In this document: in pieces, positions 23,835 to 37,743 of the stretch
Layout: every line of letters begins with the position of its first letter
Position numbering within the stretch: the stretch's first letter is position 1
Assembly: GCF_009834535.1 (NCBI RefSeq)
Contig: NC_045723.1
Location: forward strand, 1,364,001 to 1,428,000
Length of the DNA: 64,000 nucleotides
Direction of reading: 5' to 3'
DNA from: Camelus ferus
Taxonomy: Eukaryota
Made by a program: the position numbers and the translations under genes
The notes under the pieces: model-generated
The model's input: the letters and a program-made list of their open reading frames with translations, nothing else
Databases searched by the model: none
Told to the model about the DNA's origin: nothing

Positions 23835-24210
23835 GGTAACTTTTTATTAAATGATATTGGAGCACTGTCTAACTGTTGGGGGTAGTGGGGAAGACAGTAA
23901 AATTAGATGCATACCTAATATATTAAACCAAAATAAGTTCTGGAAAGATTTTAATGTATCGGAATAAAGCTTGAAAATCAGGTGAAGATTAAATAATCTT
24001 GGGTGAGAAAAGTTTTTGTAAGCCTGATACTAAATAAGGGAAGTATAAATAAAAAGATAGATTTGACTCTGTCAAAAACACTGCACAAACAAGGAAAAGA
24101 TGAACAGCAAACTTGGAAAAATGCTTCAATATATAATGAGTGCATACCATCCTTAATATATAAAGAGCTCAGTCAAATAAATTCAGAAAAGAAGAATATA
24201 TAAATGCCTA
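23835..24210 (+). mobile_element. Old L1 ORF2 3' remnant (L1ME-like)
   Basis: taaatgatattgg...atccttaatatataaagagctc conserved late-ORF2 motifs. Confidence 0.65.
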
Positions 24211-25939
24211 CTACGCATTTTGGAAGAAAAATTCCACCAGCTGTGTGGTGGCAGGCAAGCTATTCAGTTCTGCAAAAGGGGAAGCCATGTGGATTCAATA
24301 ATCAAATATATGTATCTTTCTTAGAACTGTGTCTGGCATATAATGGTGCTTAATAACCATTAGCTTTTAATATTAACTCCTAATGCCATTCATGACACAT
24401 AGATGGGACTNNNNNNNNNNNNNNNNNNNNNNNNNNNNNNNNNNNNNNNNNNNNNNNNNNNNNNNNNNNNNNNNNNNNNNNNNNNNNNNNNNNNNNNNNN
24501 NNNNNNNNNNNNNNNNNNNNNNNNNNNNNNNNNNNNNNNNNNNNNCCTGGGGTGCCAGTGTTGCACCACTTCACAGGCTGCATCTGCCTTCTTCCCTCAA
24601 TGACTCATAAATATAATGAAAAGAAGGCGCTGCAGGAGTTCTTTAATTCTTGAGAAGTCTATTTAAAAAGGTAGCCTCTCCCAGGAGAACTGCACTTACA
24701 TTGTATCAATGATGCTAACCTGAAAAGCATACACATTTGAGGAGTCTAAGGGCTGAGAAGGCACCTGGTGGTGACACACTGAAAGGACACTTCCTTCCTC
24801 AGTTTGGTGAACAATATAAGGAAAAGTACACCCGTGGGGTCTGAGTTTCGCAGGAGAGGTAGTCTGCCCTCTGCTTGAAGGAACAGGGATGCTGGGGCAC
24901 TGGGTTGTTGAGTCCATCTTCTTGTTCTTTAAATAGCGAGCTCACAATCTAGAATCTGAGAAACTCTGGACTGAAAATGCTGCTGTTGTATTTCTGGCCA
25001 TTAATGAGTCTGTTAGTCAATCCTCATTGTTGTCTGGCCTGCAGTTATATTTTTGTTCCTTAGGAGATGCTTGGCAATCTTTGTTTAGCAATAAAGAATG
25101 AGCACTAACCTGCTCGACTGGCAAACAGCCTTCCGTCCTCCCGCTGGCATTTTTGTGGGGTCGTTGCTGCCTCAGTCGGGTTGTCTCTAGGAAGCTGAGA
25201 GGCCGCCCGACGACCTCATCACCCCAGAATGCATCAAATGATTTTTCTCATAAACCTTCTAAAAAAAACTCCAGAAAACTCTGTACTCGGAGGTTCCCTG
25301 GAAATCGCAATCTGAGACTATTTGTGCACGGGGATTTTAGGAAGATCTGTGTGGGCGGTGACCTGCCCGAGGGCACACGGCTGAGTGTGTCAATAGGGGC
25401 TACAATCCAGCCAACACCCCATTCGCCCAGGGGAAGGGGTACCTTTCCTTCAGTTCTCACAATGGCACCAGCGTGTCACCAAGCCCTGTGTCCACGGGGC
25501 TGCACCCTTAGGAGCAAGGGTCTCTTGCACATGTAAATGGGCCAGGCCTGGGTGAGGGGAGTGTTTGGTACGGTAGAAATCTGTGGTGCTGGGGAGGTGG
25601 GAACTTTGCGCACGCAGAAGTCTTGAGCACTTCCATTTTAGGAAGGATGGCATCTGAAACTGAGACTCGAACCTTGGATCCCAGTAGCACTGAATGTATC
25701 AGTGAGCTTCTAGAAAATTCTTTGTGCACCCAATCCAAGTTGGGAGTCCACTGTCTTCGTCATTTGTTTTAGATGCTACATGCTTTTAACTGATAGGGAG
25801 CTCCTGAAAGTGTAACATATACCAGATGGCTCCCTTAAGACAAGGATTCCTGCCAGTAACCCTTGGCCATGACCCACCTCCTTCCCATGGACAGTTCAAG
25901 TTGTATGAGGCAGAAGCACAGAGAGGCCAAGTGTCAAGG

Positions 25940-26220
25940 CTTTGATGAGTGTAAGACCTCGATTGAAGTCCCAGCTGTGCCTCCTAGTATAAAAGAACAT
26001 TCATGATCTCTCACCCAGCACCTCCCATGCACCAGGCGCTGGAAGCTGCATGACTGTGGGCAAATTACTTTCTTTCTGAGCTTCAATTTACTCTTCAGTT
26101 AAAATCGAGATCATTACGCATCTGGGTTGTGCTGAGGACTTGATGAGGTCATATATTACACACTCAGAGCGCCTGGGACATACTAAGAACTCAGTAAAAA
26201 GTAGCCTTTTGCTATTATGT
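25940..26220 (+). mobile_element. MIR SINE
   Basis: tgactgtgggcaaattactt...ctgagcttcaatttactcttcagttaaaatcg...gcgcctgggacatactaagaactcagtaaa. Confidence 0.75.
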
Positions 26221-27475
26221 AGACACTGGACCGACATCAGCTTTAACATGCTTATTACTTGAAGAACAAGTAAATTAGATGTGGTGGGAAGAGGGTTAAT
26301 TCCTCAGATTGATGGAGCATTTTGTGAATAACAATAGTCGTTTTCTAAATGGCTCTGAGTAACCTGGAAAAGAGCGTTCATCCAGCACGCAGCCTGTTGG
26401 TTTCCTGGAGAGCAAATTGCCCATTGGAATGGCCTGACCATTACTTGCTCATAACATCGACTGTTTTATATATACATATCCACTTAGTTATAGCACATTT
26501 GCCAGGAAAACCACTAGGCTGATGTGTTTTGCCTAAATAGCCAATCTTTTTTGGTCTTGAATAAAGTGTCAAATATATGATTTAGATTTTATGTTCAGCT
26601 GATTGTTTACATCGGGAACATCAATCCAGAGTAATTGGCAAGTGGGTACACATTCAAATGATATGATGATGTCCTCGCCACGTTTTCCTGTGATCTTGGG
26701 GAGGGAGGGGAGAATCATTAGGGATTCTTGTCTTAGGATCTCATCAAGATAGATTCTTTGGTTTAGTTCAGTGGTGGCTGCTGCTAAGTTTGTCCACGGT
26801 GACTGTGTAACAGAAATCAGGAAGGCCTGACCCATTAGTGTGTGTTCCGCCCAGCTGTTCTCTGTGGTGCCCCAGCCTGCACATTCCTGGCTGGACTTGG
26901 GTCAGCCAAGGCGACAGATGGACTGGAGGTGCCTGACTGTTGACCCCCAACCTCTGACCCAACCCCAGAAATATGACCATAGGAAGAATAAACAAATTAA
27001 ATATCTCAGCGTCAAGACCTTGGAGGTCATCATTCTAACCATACTCTCCTTTTCCAACCCATTTTGATAAGTGGTCATTGATTCTATCTGTTAAACAGAC
27101 CCTCACAGCCCATTTCCAAAAGAGTTTCAATTACTTGAAAACTCTCCACTTCAAAATGAAATCAACCTCTTTGTAATTTTTGTCCCTGTTTCCCATTTTG
27201 CCTTCTGGGGTCACAAGTGAAGAAACAAAAGCATATGAGGTTGACTTAGGCAGACAGGTCATAGTTCTCTGTATTCAGAGCATCCTTTGGGCCAAATAAC
27301 AATAACCAAGATTTGTTCATCTCCAGGGACATGGGTTGGAATAGGCAGGCTCTGGAAAATTCATTGCTCGAACTCTGAAATTAACCTTCCTTGAGTGGGC
27401 GCCCCAGGTCATCTTTAACCAACCACTAAAAACATCAGAAGCCTCTTGAGAGTTTTCCCCATGAGAATGGGCAAA

Positions 27476-27525
27476 GGAGAGGGAGAGGGAGAGGGAGAGG
27501 GAGAGGGAGAGAGATGGAGAGAAAG
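27476..27525. repeat. (GGGAGA)5 polypurine tract
   Basis: Five perfect GGGAGA units at 27481-27510 within a longer purine run. Confidence 0.95.
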
Positions 27526-27764
27526 TAGGGGTGGTATTGTTCATACTTGTTATAAAGGAGTCCCCAGCTGTGAGGGTCCATGATTGCCGACTAAGGCCGA
27601 CTCCTGGGTGAGCCACACCCCATCCCGAGAGTTCTCCACGCCCCTGGGTAACTCACCAGCAGCAAGCTGGGAGCAGGAACCCTCTTGGGGCTGCTCCTCT
27701 CAGGCCTTGTTTATTCAGACGTTCAGAACATTTGTGTAGCAGGGGCAGAGAGCAATGGTTGAAG

Positions 27765-27915
27765 TTCAGAGGTCAGGCCGAGTAGGTCCTGGGGTCAGGG
27801 AGTTTCTGGCTCTGCCCCCAGCCAGCTGTGGGGCCCTGGGCAAGTGTCCTCCATCTTTCTGAACATGGGGGTCCTTACCTAACAAAGGGGAATAACCACC
27901 CCTAGCATCATCAGA
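27765..27915 (+). mobile_element. MIR SINE
   Basis: tctggctctgcc...agctgtggggccctgggcaagtgtcctccatctttctgaacatgggg. Confidence 0.65.
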
Positions 27916-29299
27916 TTAGGCAATGGGAATGAGTGACAGCAAGGGACCAGCTGAAGTGACAGAGGGAGGCGGCAGAGCCCCTCTGATTGAAATGTGACAA
28001 ATGCAGGTCAGTCGCCCGGACTCTCTAAACAGCTGAATCATGGGCACTGAACACCTGGCTGGGTGCATCATGTCCTTCTCTGCCTGGATGAACTGCGACT
28101 GCAAAACTCACCTCCTAAAGAGGAGGAGATGCTGCGTGACTGTACCAACCCCAGGACTGCCAACAATACTGCTCCAACCTCGCAGAGCAGCCTGACAGCT
28201 CACTGAAGCAAATTTATATGCATCAGTGCTGTTTTCATCCCCGACTTTAAACAACGTTAATTAATAATCCCCTCCGTTCTCAGTGTGTCAACAGAACTCC
28301 ACCTTTTCATTTGGAAAGAAATTAAATAAATATATAAATAAAATATTCAATTATTGGAACCCAAAGTGAGAAAACAGAATTGATTTAAGAGGCTTTTGCT
28401 ATAAAAAAAAAAAATTCCCTGGGGGGTCACTGACTACGTTTTATGAAAAAATATCACACACTTATATTTCTACATTTCTTATGTAATAATTCTGAGTTTC
28501 TCAGGGGGCAAATAGTATTACAGGAGGAAAAATAATTATGACAAGTGTTAGAGATTAGTGAGCCGGATTTCCCCTGGTGTGCAACCAACATCCCGGGAGT
28601 GAGTTAAGTGCCTTAGAAAGTGACATGAACCCATGTCATTGAGTAAATTACTGCTCCGACGCACTAACAAGGGCCCTAGTGGGTTGGAAGAATTCATTCC
28701 GCTTCCCAGGCACCCAGCCTAATCCCGGTGCGGCAGCTGTGCTCGGTGAGAACCCAGATCTGCGCTCATCCGCATGTATTCCTGTCTTCCAAGCATAGTG
28801 GCTTCTTCAGGGTAGACCCCATGTCCTTACAATTCTCACTGGCATCAGGCCCAGCCTCATGGTCCTGAGAGCCCAGGAAACGCTCCCCCAGCTTCCTGAA
28901 GAGAACACGCTTTGCCGCTGATCAATGCCTCCACTGCCCTCGTGCTGTTTCCCTGCCTACCTTCTCCAAAAGCATCACAACGTCCCGATGAGCACTAGGA
29001 CCCTTGGTGAGGAGGAGGAAACACAGCTGTTTCCCTCCGCGTTCTCAGCGCAAGTTGCTCAATGCATGCAGTGAGCACACAATGATGGAGTAAGTGGACC
29101 GTATTTTACTCAGTTATCTGATAGAGAGCATTTTCTTCTTCTTTGGTAGCTCAGAGTTGTTAGATACTGAAAATCGAATCCACGAGCCCAGCCCATTCCT
29201 GATAGGTGGAGAGCAGAGCTATTTGGATGCTCTGGTCCCAAGTGCGCGGGCAGAGCCGGGAGTGCCCAGCCTCGGTGGTGATAATGAAATGCTGACAAG

Positions 29300-29600
29300 T
29301 CACAGGCCTCACACGGCATTTCTAGAGTAATTCCTCAGCATCCTGAATGTGCCTATGAAGCCCTCTTACCCTCGGCCCCTGCTCTTCCCCAGCCTCACAC
29401 GGAACTTCCCTCCACCACCCACGCTCAGACCAGCCACTGGGATCTCCTTTCTGCCTGAAGACTCATGCGTTCCCCAGGCTGGGACTCTCTTCCCTCACCT
29501 GCCGGAATCCTCCCCAGGTTCTCTTACTGGTCACATCCCCAGGGCAACCACCACTCTTCATGGTCTACTCCATTCATCTGTGTATGTTTACAATTATAAT
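29300..29600 (+). mobile_element. L2 remnant
   Basis: Pyrimidine-rich L2-like 3' region. Confidence 0.5.
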
Positions 29601-30309
29601 TTTGCTCATCAAATACCTTCCTCTGGTGACTATTCAGTGTTGGGAAGACACCCTCTGGGTCTCCCCCACCCTACTCCCAGCACCCTGGGGCCCATTTCTT
29701 TTCATTTTTTTCATTTTTCAGTTTTATTAGGTAGAATTATTACAGTTTTACTACACCTATACAATATATTGCATGTAAATACATATATACAACATACTGC
29801 ATACATTTAAAAATTTACGAATATGTACTGCTCATTGTTTCTAAGAACAGTTTAGAGTTTTAGCTTTTTAAACTTACATAGTTTTCAAAGGAATAAGCCC
29901 AACTACAAAATAAGAATCAACAGAATGTAGTAGTCCACTCATAAAGGACAGTCAGATGTGTTCACACATATTCAAGAAACCAATCATCTAAGTTATAAAT
30001 AAGTAGNNNNNNNNNNNNNNNNNNNNNNNNNNNNNNNNNNNNNNNNNNNNNNNNNNNNNNNNNNNNNNNNNNNNNNNNNNNNNNNNNNNNNNNNNNNNNN
30101 NNNNNNNNNNNNNNNNNNNNNNNNNNNNNNNNNNNNNNNNNNNNNNNNNNNNNNNNNNNNNNNNNNNNNNNNNNNNNNNNNNNNNNNNNNNNNNNNNNNN
30201 NNNNTTTCTTTCCAGTCACCATTTATCAAGCAGGAGCGCCAGGTTCTGGACACCCAGGATACAACATCAGACAGCTGAGACAAATCAGGTCCCCATTCTG
30301 AGAAGTGTC

Positions 30310-31960
30310 CATTTTTAATTCTTCTGCTTTTGCATCCACAGAGACAACATGATTATAACTCTATTTTTAACTTTGTCAATCAAAGATATTATCACAGACT
30401 CCTTGATATGAAAGGGGAGAATTAAGCTCAATACTACCATCTCTCCTATCCCAGAATCCTGGACAGCCCCAGTGTCTGCCATCTGTATTATTATCTTTGT
30501 TCTTCCTGTGTTTATAGTTGTAATTTGAGATAGTATAGTAAATCCGTATTTCTCGTTTCATCAATTTTTGTTACTATTCTATGTCCGATTCCTCACTTTA
30601 AAAGATGAAGTTACTGGTACCCCCGCCCTTCTCTCCACCTTCCATGTTCCACTTTGTGAGATAAACATTTTCTGTACACTTTGTCCTGAAGTTGGCCCCC
30701 GAGTCTCCATCCCTCACCCACACACTGATCAAGTCATGAGTTAGGAGTATGTGCCTTTTAATAAGTCCAACATCATAACCCCTGGGCCAGTCAAGAGAGG
30801 ATGTTCCCAGAATCAAGGTTCAGTGGAATTTTTCTCTCTCTGTTTTTCTCTCCCAATATGGCCACACTTTGGTTTGCTTCATGTGTGAATTATGGTTTTA
30901 TTATGCGTTCAGCTGTATTACCCGTTCCTCACCCTACCACCTGTCCCTGGACTTTCCAACAGATGCTGCTGCTTTTCTTGCATTATTTGCCCTTGTGATT
31001 CATTTTCCCCAAGCATGCCTTTTCTATTCAGCACCCCCTTTCTTCTGGAGACCTCCATCCCTGGTCTCCCCACCATCCCTGTGCTCTAATATGGTCTGGT
31101 TACCCTCGCTCTAAGCCTGCTATGCAATTGCCATGTTGCAAGTTTTTTCCACTGCCACCAGGAGTCTGGATTGGAACCATAGTCTCCTAGACCCCACAAC
31201 ATCCTTCTTATTCTGCTCATTCGTTTTTCTAGTTATATCTCCATATACCGTTAAAGGAAAGGGTGCTTGAAAGAAAAACTTTTCGAGATCTTTCTGTCTG
31301 AAAATCATGACTCTGCCTTCTTGCTTGATTAATACCTGTCTAGACATAGAAGACTTTAGATAATGTTTCTTTTTATCTCTGACACATCAGAGATGTGTCT
31401 AGGTATAGCTCTTTTCTTTCATAGTTCTGGGCATTCAGAAAGCTCATTTAATTCTGAACAATTTTGTCCTTAAGCTTTGGAATTTTTTTCTTCAAGTTTT
31501 TTTTTATATATAATTTTTTCATCTCCAGCCCTTTATGTGAAAACTTCTAGGCTGACCATCTCTCTCATAGTTTTTAATTTCTTTGTCTTTTCTTCCCTAT
31601 ATTCTAAGAGAGTACAGAGAGACTTTGGGTTTATTTTCTAGTCCATCTTCAATTAAAAAATTTTTTTTCAGCCAGTATTTCTTTTAGTCTGCAAACACTG
31701 TCTTTTAGTCTCTCATTGTTTCTTTTTCTTAGCATTTTTTTCCTCATTTGAAGGATATGATATTTTCTCCAAAATTCTCTTGGCATGTTAATTAAAATGT
31801 TTTTAATGTTGTCTCTTGTTCCGTAATTGTCTTTCTTTTTTTTCCTGCCCAGGTCAGTTTTTGTTTCTTTTGGTCTTTCTTTTCCACGCCACAGTTCTCT
31901 CAATACCCCTGGTGATCCTTGGTTTTGCATTTCCACTTCAGGAAGAAGGAAGAAGTGTGC
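30310..31960 (-). mobile_element. Old L1/HAL1-like ORF1 remnant, antisense, fragmented
   Basis: T-rich; gatctttctgtctgaaaatc, gatgtgtctaggtatag motifs typical of antisense L1ME/HAL1. Confidence 0.5.
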
Positions 31961-33599
31961 GTATATCGTGTTTATTGGGGCAGTTCTATTTTCTGGCTGG
32001 ATCTCTCTCCTTTAGAGCTGTGAGTGGGATGGGGTGTGTGTCTGCATGAAAGCTTTGCTTGAGGGTAGCACGATGCTGAGCAACAACCATCCAGAAGATT
32101 CCTAAATGCTTAAGTGGCGAAGGTTTTATTCCAGTGCTCCAAGCCATTAGTGCCATTTACAAAGAGGAAACTAAAGCTCAGAGACTTGCCAGGGGTTAAA
32201 TAGCTAGTAAGGAATGAGGCCAAAATGTGAACTGTAGTTTGCCTGGTGAACACTTGCATACTCGTTCCACAAAACCAAATAAATTTCCATATAAATTGAA
32301 AAATCGTGTTACGTGAATAAAAGCTCTGTCTTTTCTGTAAATAGACACTTTTCAGGTGCTCTGTGGTTCAGGCTTCCACCCTGATGGGCATGTCTTCAGC
32401 AGGGACTCTGCACCTTTCCATTCATGTAACAAGCCATCTTTTCCTCTTAAGCAATTAATCTACACTCTGCTATTAAAGAAAATGAGATAATTAAATTTCA
32501 CTCACACTCAGAAGGCATCTAAGCAGAATGAACAGTTTCAGAGGAACTCTGAGCTGTGGAACTAGAGGGAATAATTTATTCCTGGATTGGGCAGGCCATG
32601 AGGTGGTTGAAATTTCTTAAATTATTTTTAGTAGGCATTAAGAAAGCCATATTCTTCCTAATTCTAAGATTTTGCCCTGATTCTGAAGGTCACTGCTCCT
32701 TCACGTTTTAAAAATCCACTTTGAGGGGGAAAAAAAACTGTTGACAACTGAATAATGACTTTGTAATTTGAAAATTACTCTAAAAATTCAAAAATAAGCA
32801 TGTATTGATCCCCTAGGTAGACCAGACACCATGAAATTCAACTGTGAATTGTTTTCTGAATTCAACATTTCCCACACCTTCCTGGGAGGCGGTAATAGGT
32901 GTTCCATGAAAAGTGCATTCCCAGGAGAAATGAGTTCGATGAAATCTGGGTTAAATGAAGTTAGTTTTCCTTTGCGGCTGGTCTTCTCAGAGCCTTTCGT
33001 TGCTAATAGGTATTGGGAAAAGCACATTTTGGGAAATGCTCAATTTAGAAAACCCACAGTTCGAGAGACATTGACTTATCTTATTAAAGAGCAATTTTGC
33101 CTTTCTTTCCTCTGCAGAGACATGTTCTCAATTACTTGCTCTTGGGCCACCTCTCCCAGCCTGTAGCTTTTCATCCCCGAGTGGTGTTCCATCTTTACTT
33201 TGGGCTGGGTAACCTCGCTGCCACCTTCGTCTTCTTTCTCTGCATTTGGGCCATGACCACCGATTCATTTTGCGACCAACCCCGCACCTTGAAGATGCTG
33301 TATGTTAATATCTTGATTTTCTCATCTACAAAATGTTAGCACAAACACATGAGGTGTTAGTGAGAAATGAGGAAGAAAGGTGACAGCCTACGTATTACCT
33401 GAAGGCGATCATCAAACATCTGAAACACAGTTCCTGCTTCTGGAGAGTTCTCTCAGGATCCGTCATCTCAGTGTTTAGTAGATGATATCCCTTTGTGGTC
33501 AATAACAAGTTGAAAGTATATCAAAACTCAAGCTCTAGGATAGTCACAAGTGGACCCATAAGAAAGGTTCTGAGAGGATCCCAGTTGTATCGTACGGAG

Positions 33600-33900
33600 A
33601 AGGGCAGCTTGAGACAGTAACACTCATCAGCACCCACCAGTCTCTTGAGCCCGGGCTTCCCCAAGTTGTGTCAAGTCATCATGTTTGTCACTAACTTGAC
33701 TGACATCTCCTCCTCCATCCATTGTCTTGGCAGCACCGCCCACCATCTGTCTGGGTGAGAACGTCAAAGTCATCCTCACCCTTTGGCTTTCCTCTCTAAC
33801 TTGAATGCACTCCTTTTCCACTGGGCAGACTCATCCTTTAAGATCTAGCTCAAAGCCTGGACCACCTCTGGCACTTTCTAAATAAACGTATTCACCCAAC
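33600..33900 (+). mobile_element. L2 remnant
   Basis: aactcaagctc upstream; gaatgcactcctttt...actcatcctttaagatctagctcaaa L2 motifs. Confidence 0.5.
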
Positions 33901-34605
33901 AATCATTCTTGGAGGACTTTGTGTCCCAGGCTTCATCCAGGATTGCTGACTGGCAGTTTCCAGAGCAGACGTATGGGAACTTCATTTATTTATCTTCGCT
34001 TGGGAACCACTGCTATAGCCTTTATGACCACTCCCCCTTCATCTCTGCCATCTTTGGAACAGGTGTCATAGACCATTTCAGCTTCATCCCTGGACCTGAT
34101 GACAGCAGCCCCTGAATCTACTTCTCTCCACACTTAGACTCATCAGATTAGGTTAAAAGGCTGAGGTGAAGTGAAGGATTCTTCAATCTCATGATAACCT
34201 TCTGAAGCTACATTTTTAATTGTCTCAAGAAGCTGAGGGGGAAGTGTATTTCCTCCCTTCAGATAAGTGGGAGTCACCAAAACTGTCTGGGTAGATGGGG
34301 TCCTTACCCTTCAGGCTTTAGGCTTCGGGTGGGATACGTATTCATGGGAAAAAACAAGACCTTGTCTAAGTAGGCAAGGCAGTAGGACCACTGAAAAATT
34401 TTCATTCTTATCATAATTTAATTTCACCTCCATAAAAGATCTTCAAGTGCAGTGATTTCTGTGGAAGACCTCGGATGGGGCTGTTAAGGTCCTTAATGAG
34501 GATAAATTCTGTAACCTGGTTACCCGCTAAATGTTTCATGTCAGAGAGCTGGTGGAAACACATATTCCAGTTGGGGCTAGAAGGTTCTTTTTTCACAGGT
34601 TTATA

Positions 34606-34819
34606 CAATTGACCCTCAAATGATGCAGGGGTTGGGGCACCAGCCTCCATGGAGTAGAAAATCCATGTTTAACGTACCCCTGATGCTCTGTATCCACAGT
34701 TCTGCTTCCGTGGATTCAACCAACAAACCATCGCGTTACGCTGTAGCATTTACCACTGAAAAAAGTCCGCATGTAGGCGGACCCACCAATTCAAACCCGT
34801 GCTGTTCGAGGGTCAGCTG
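34606..34819. mobile_element. Tigger2-derived MITE, 214 bp, with terminal inverted repeats
   Basis: TA|CAATTGACCCTCAAA ... TTCGAGGGTCAGCTG|TG; TIRs match the Tigger2 terminus; left TA target intact. Confidence 0.85.
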
Positions 34820-35239
34820 TGCTTGCAGGAGGGTTACTTCTCATTTTGCTCCCATTAAGCTTCTCTAAGAAGCTTCTTCTCAGGACCTGCTAATGCCTCC
34901 TCTTGTGGATTATTCATTGAACACCCCACTTCCACGACCAGATGACCTCCCTTTGCCGCCAGACTCCTCTCCCTCTGTTCTGATGGATTGGTGTGCATGT
35001 TTGCTAACCTAATTATTTAATTACATCCTCATCAGGACAGTCTTTAAAAGCACAATCTACCCCATTCTAACAGAGCAACTCTGTGGAATAACTACAGATC
35101 TATTAATTTTCTGGACATTCCTTCAAGACTTCACAACAGCTTCCTCTGTAATAATCTGCATCTGAATTTCTCGGTCTAATATTCTACATGGAGAGCACAC
35201 AGGCTCCAGGAGTGGCTGACAGGGAGCCCCGTTGCTGGT

Positions 35240-35410
35240 TTGTGGCCTCAGGTTAAATACTCTGCCCCTGTAAACCACAGTTCCTCCCCCCGTAAAACAG
35301 GGGTAATGACAGTGCCTACCTCGTTTGGTTGTTAACGTGACTCAAATGAGAGCGCGTATGCGCACTGCCTGCTGCATTGTAAACACTCCATCCTTGTTAG
35401 CAACTATTAA
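35240..35410 (+). mobile_element. MIR SINE
   Basis: cagttcctcc...gtaaaacaggggtaatgacagtgcctacctcg core. Confidence 0.75.
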
Positions 35411-36149
35411 GCCTGTGATTAACTATTGTTCAACCCTCTCATTGTTTTGCAAAGTCTGCCAAGAATAACATAACATTGTTTGCTACTTTTATTGACTTTT
35501 CGCAAGATTTTGTTCTGGGGTCAAGACCAGGTGAGGAATTAAGCAGCATGAGGTCAATGAAGATTCCTGCTTATTGATGTTTAAATGAACCTGCTCTCAA
35601 GTGCCCAACAGGCGGAATTGGCAGGAGTCCTCTCCTGAAGAGTGGATAATCTCTAGACGTGTGAAAAAGGGCCAAGAGGTCTAAAGTAGGGCTATGACAG
35701 TGGGGTCCCTGAGGGTAATCACAGGGAATTTTTGCTAGGGTACCTTTGGCTTTACCTGTGGGTGAAGAAGGAACCAGTAGAGACATTAAAACAATTGGGG
35801 CAATTGTAGAAATTCAGACACAGAACCAGGAGTCTCACACATCTCTGCCTGGAGGTATGATTTAAGGCTACATGTAGGAAAAGCCAGATTTGCCTTAACT
35901 GGGGTTTGTAATTGACCCCAGAATACAAGGAAGTGTATTCCATTGGGTCCCTGAGTTCCACAGTGTAAACACTGGTAAGATTTGAGTATGGAAAAATTAC
36001 AAAGCAAGTCATTGCCAGGACCCCAGATTCATGACCTAAGAGTTCCTTTCTGAACTACAATGCCAAGAAAAAAAAATCCCATAATTATAACCATTTAAAA
36101 TCTAAACTAGTAATCTTTGGCTCACGCTATTAAATATTTAAATAATTCA

Positions 36150-36400
36150 TATAGAGTAAGAATAGTTGCCATTTGATGGGTGCTTACACTAGACGCCAAC
36201 TCTGTATTATATCTTTCCAATATTATTCTATTTATTTGTCAACCAGGGAGCTATAATCATCACTCACATTTTACCAGTGAGAAAAATGAGAATCAGAAAG
36301 TTTAATTAAATTGCTGAAAAAATCACACTGCTAATAGAAGCAAAACAAAGGTTTGAACCAGATTTGCTGGCTCCAGATCCTGTGTTCTTAACTAATACAC
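36150..36400 (-). mobile_element. MIR SINE
   Basis: cattttaccagtgagaaaaatgagaatcagaaagtttaattaaattgc...ggtttgaaccagatttgctggctccaga. Confidence 0.75.
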
Positions 36401-37743
36401 AGAATAGTTCACAGTCATCCTATGAAGGTCATTGTCAGAGCAAATTACCCAAATTCAAACAAGACTGTTTTTCAGAGCACATATGCATCTATTCAGCGAA
36501 TCTAAAGAAGTTTTTGGATAAATAGGATATAAATGTGTTAGTGATCTAAAGGTTGAGTGAAGACTTGCACAACCAAGCTCCAGAAGAAAACAGAAATTAA
36601 AGGAAGTAAGTTTGGTGTCTAGAACTACTTTTCTCTGGGGGCCAATTTCAAAGGCAGTGGTCAAGTGACTAACACAAGCTGTTGACAGCCTTCTGGGGCT
36701 CAGGTGATGACAAAAGGATCCACAAAGGAAAAACAAAGCCTAATGAATCCCCATTATTTGGATTGGAATCCTGGAGAATGCAGCCTAAAAGAAACAGGAA
36801 TTTGAAAGCAGACATGACCCTAAAGTTATTTCATTATAAGTTTAAATTCCCCCAACTTGTTAAATTATACAAAGATAATCCTGAATTACTAATACACCTA
36901 AGAACCTGGCAGAAATGGATGCACTTCTCTAAAGAGAGGTAATATCACTGTAGTCCTTAAATTACCTCTGAAAATTATTTTGCAAATAGAATGTCCATCA
37001 TATAATAAAAAACTGGTTAGGAGGTATGAATATGAATAGTCACATGAATGACGTGCCAGAGGAAAAAAACAGACAGCAGAAGTGTACTCCTAGGGGCTCT
37101 AGATAAAGAAGTCATTAGACACAAACTTTAAATCAACTCTGCTTACAATGTCTAAATTTCAAAAGGATAAAGCTAAGAATTTCAGCAGAAGATAAGAAAC
37201 TACAAAAATGAATCAAAGGGAAACTCTAGAATGAAAAACATGATGCACCAAATTGAGAACTCAGTGAATGCGTTTAACAGCAGATTAGATATAGTTCAGG
37301 AAAGAATTAGTTAATTAGAAGATATATTAGAAGGAAGTATTCAGAAAGAAGATTTTAAAGGACAAAAAAGTGAACATTTCAAAAGACAGAGTAAAAGAGA
37401 AGAGAGTGAGAAATTCTACTGTGCGTAAAATTGAAGTCTCAGAAGAAGAAAAAGAAAAAATCAAAATCAATAGCTACAGAGATAAAGGCTAAGAACGTAC
37501 CCAAACTGCTGAAAGGTGTCAAAGTTAGTAAGAAGGCCTAAGCACCTCGAGCAGGATAAAGAAAAAGGAACCCAGTCGCTAGGCACATCACAGGAAGACT
37601 GCTGAAGGCAAACGCAAAAAAAGAAAACCTTAAAACCAACCAGGAGGAAAAGATGCTTTACCTTCAAAGGAACAACAATGTAATTGACAGCTGACTTTTA
37701 AACAGAAAAGATAGAAGCCAGAAGACAATGATATAATATCTTT

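Noticed and set aside
28112-28114. Minus-strand 3-nt microexon pattern ctcctcctctttAG|GAG|GTGAGT
   Set aside because: Signals look good, but no host gene on the minus strand is supported and such a pattern can occur by chance in 64 kb
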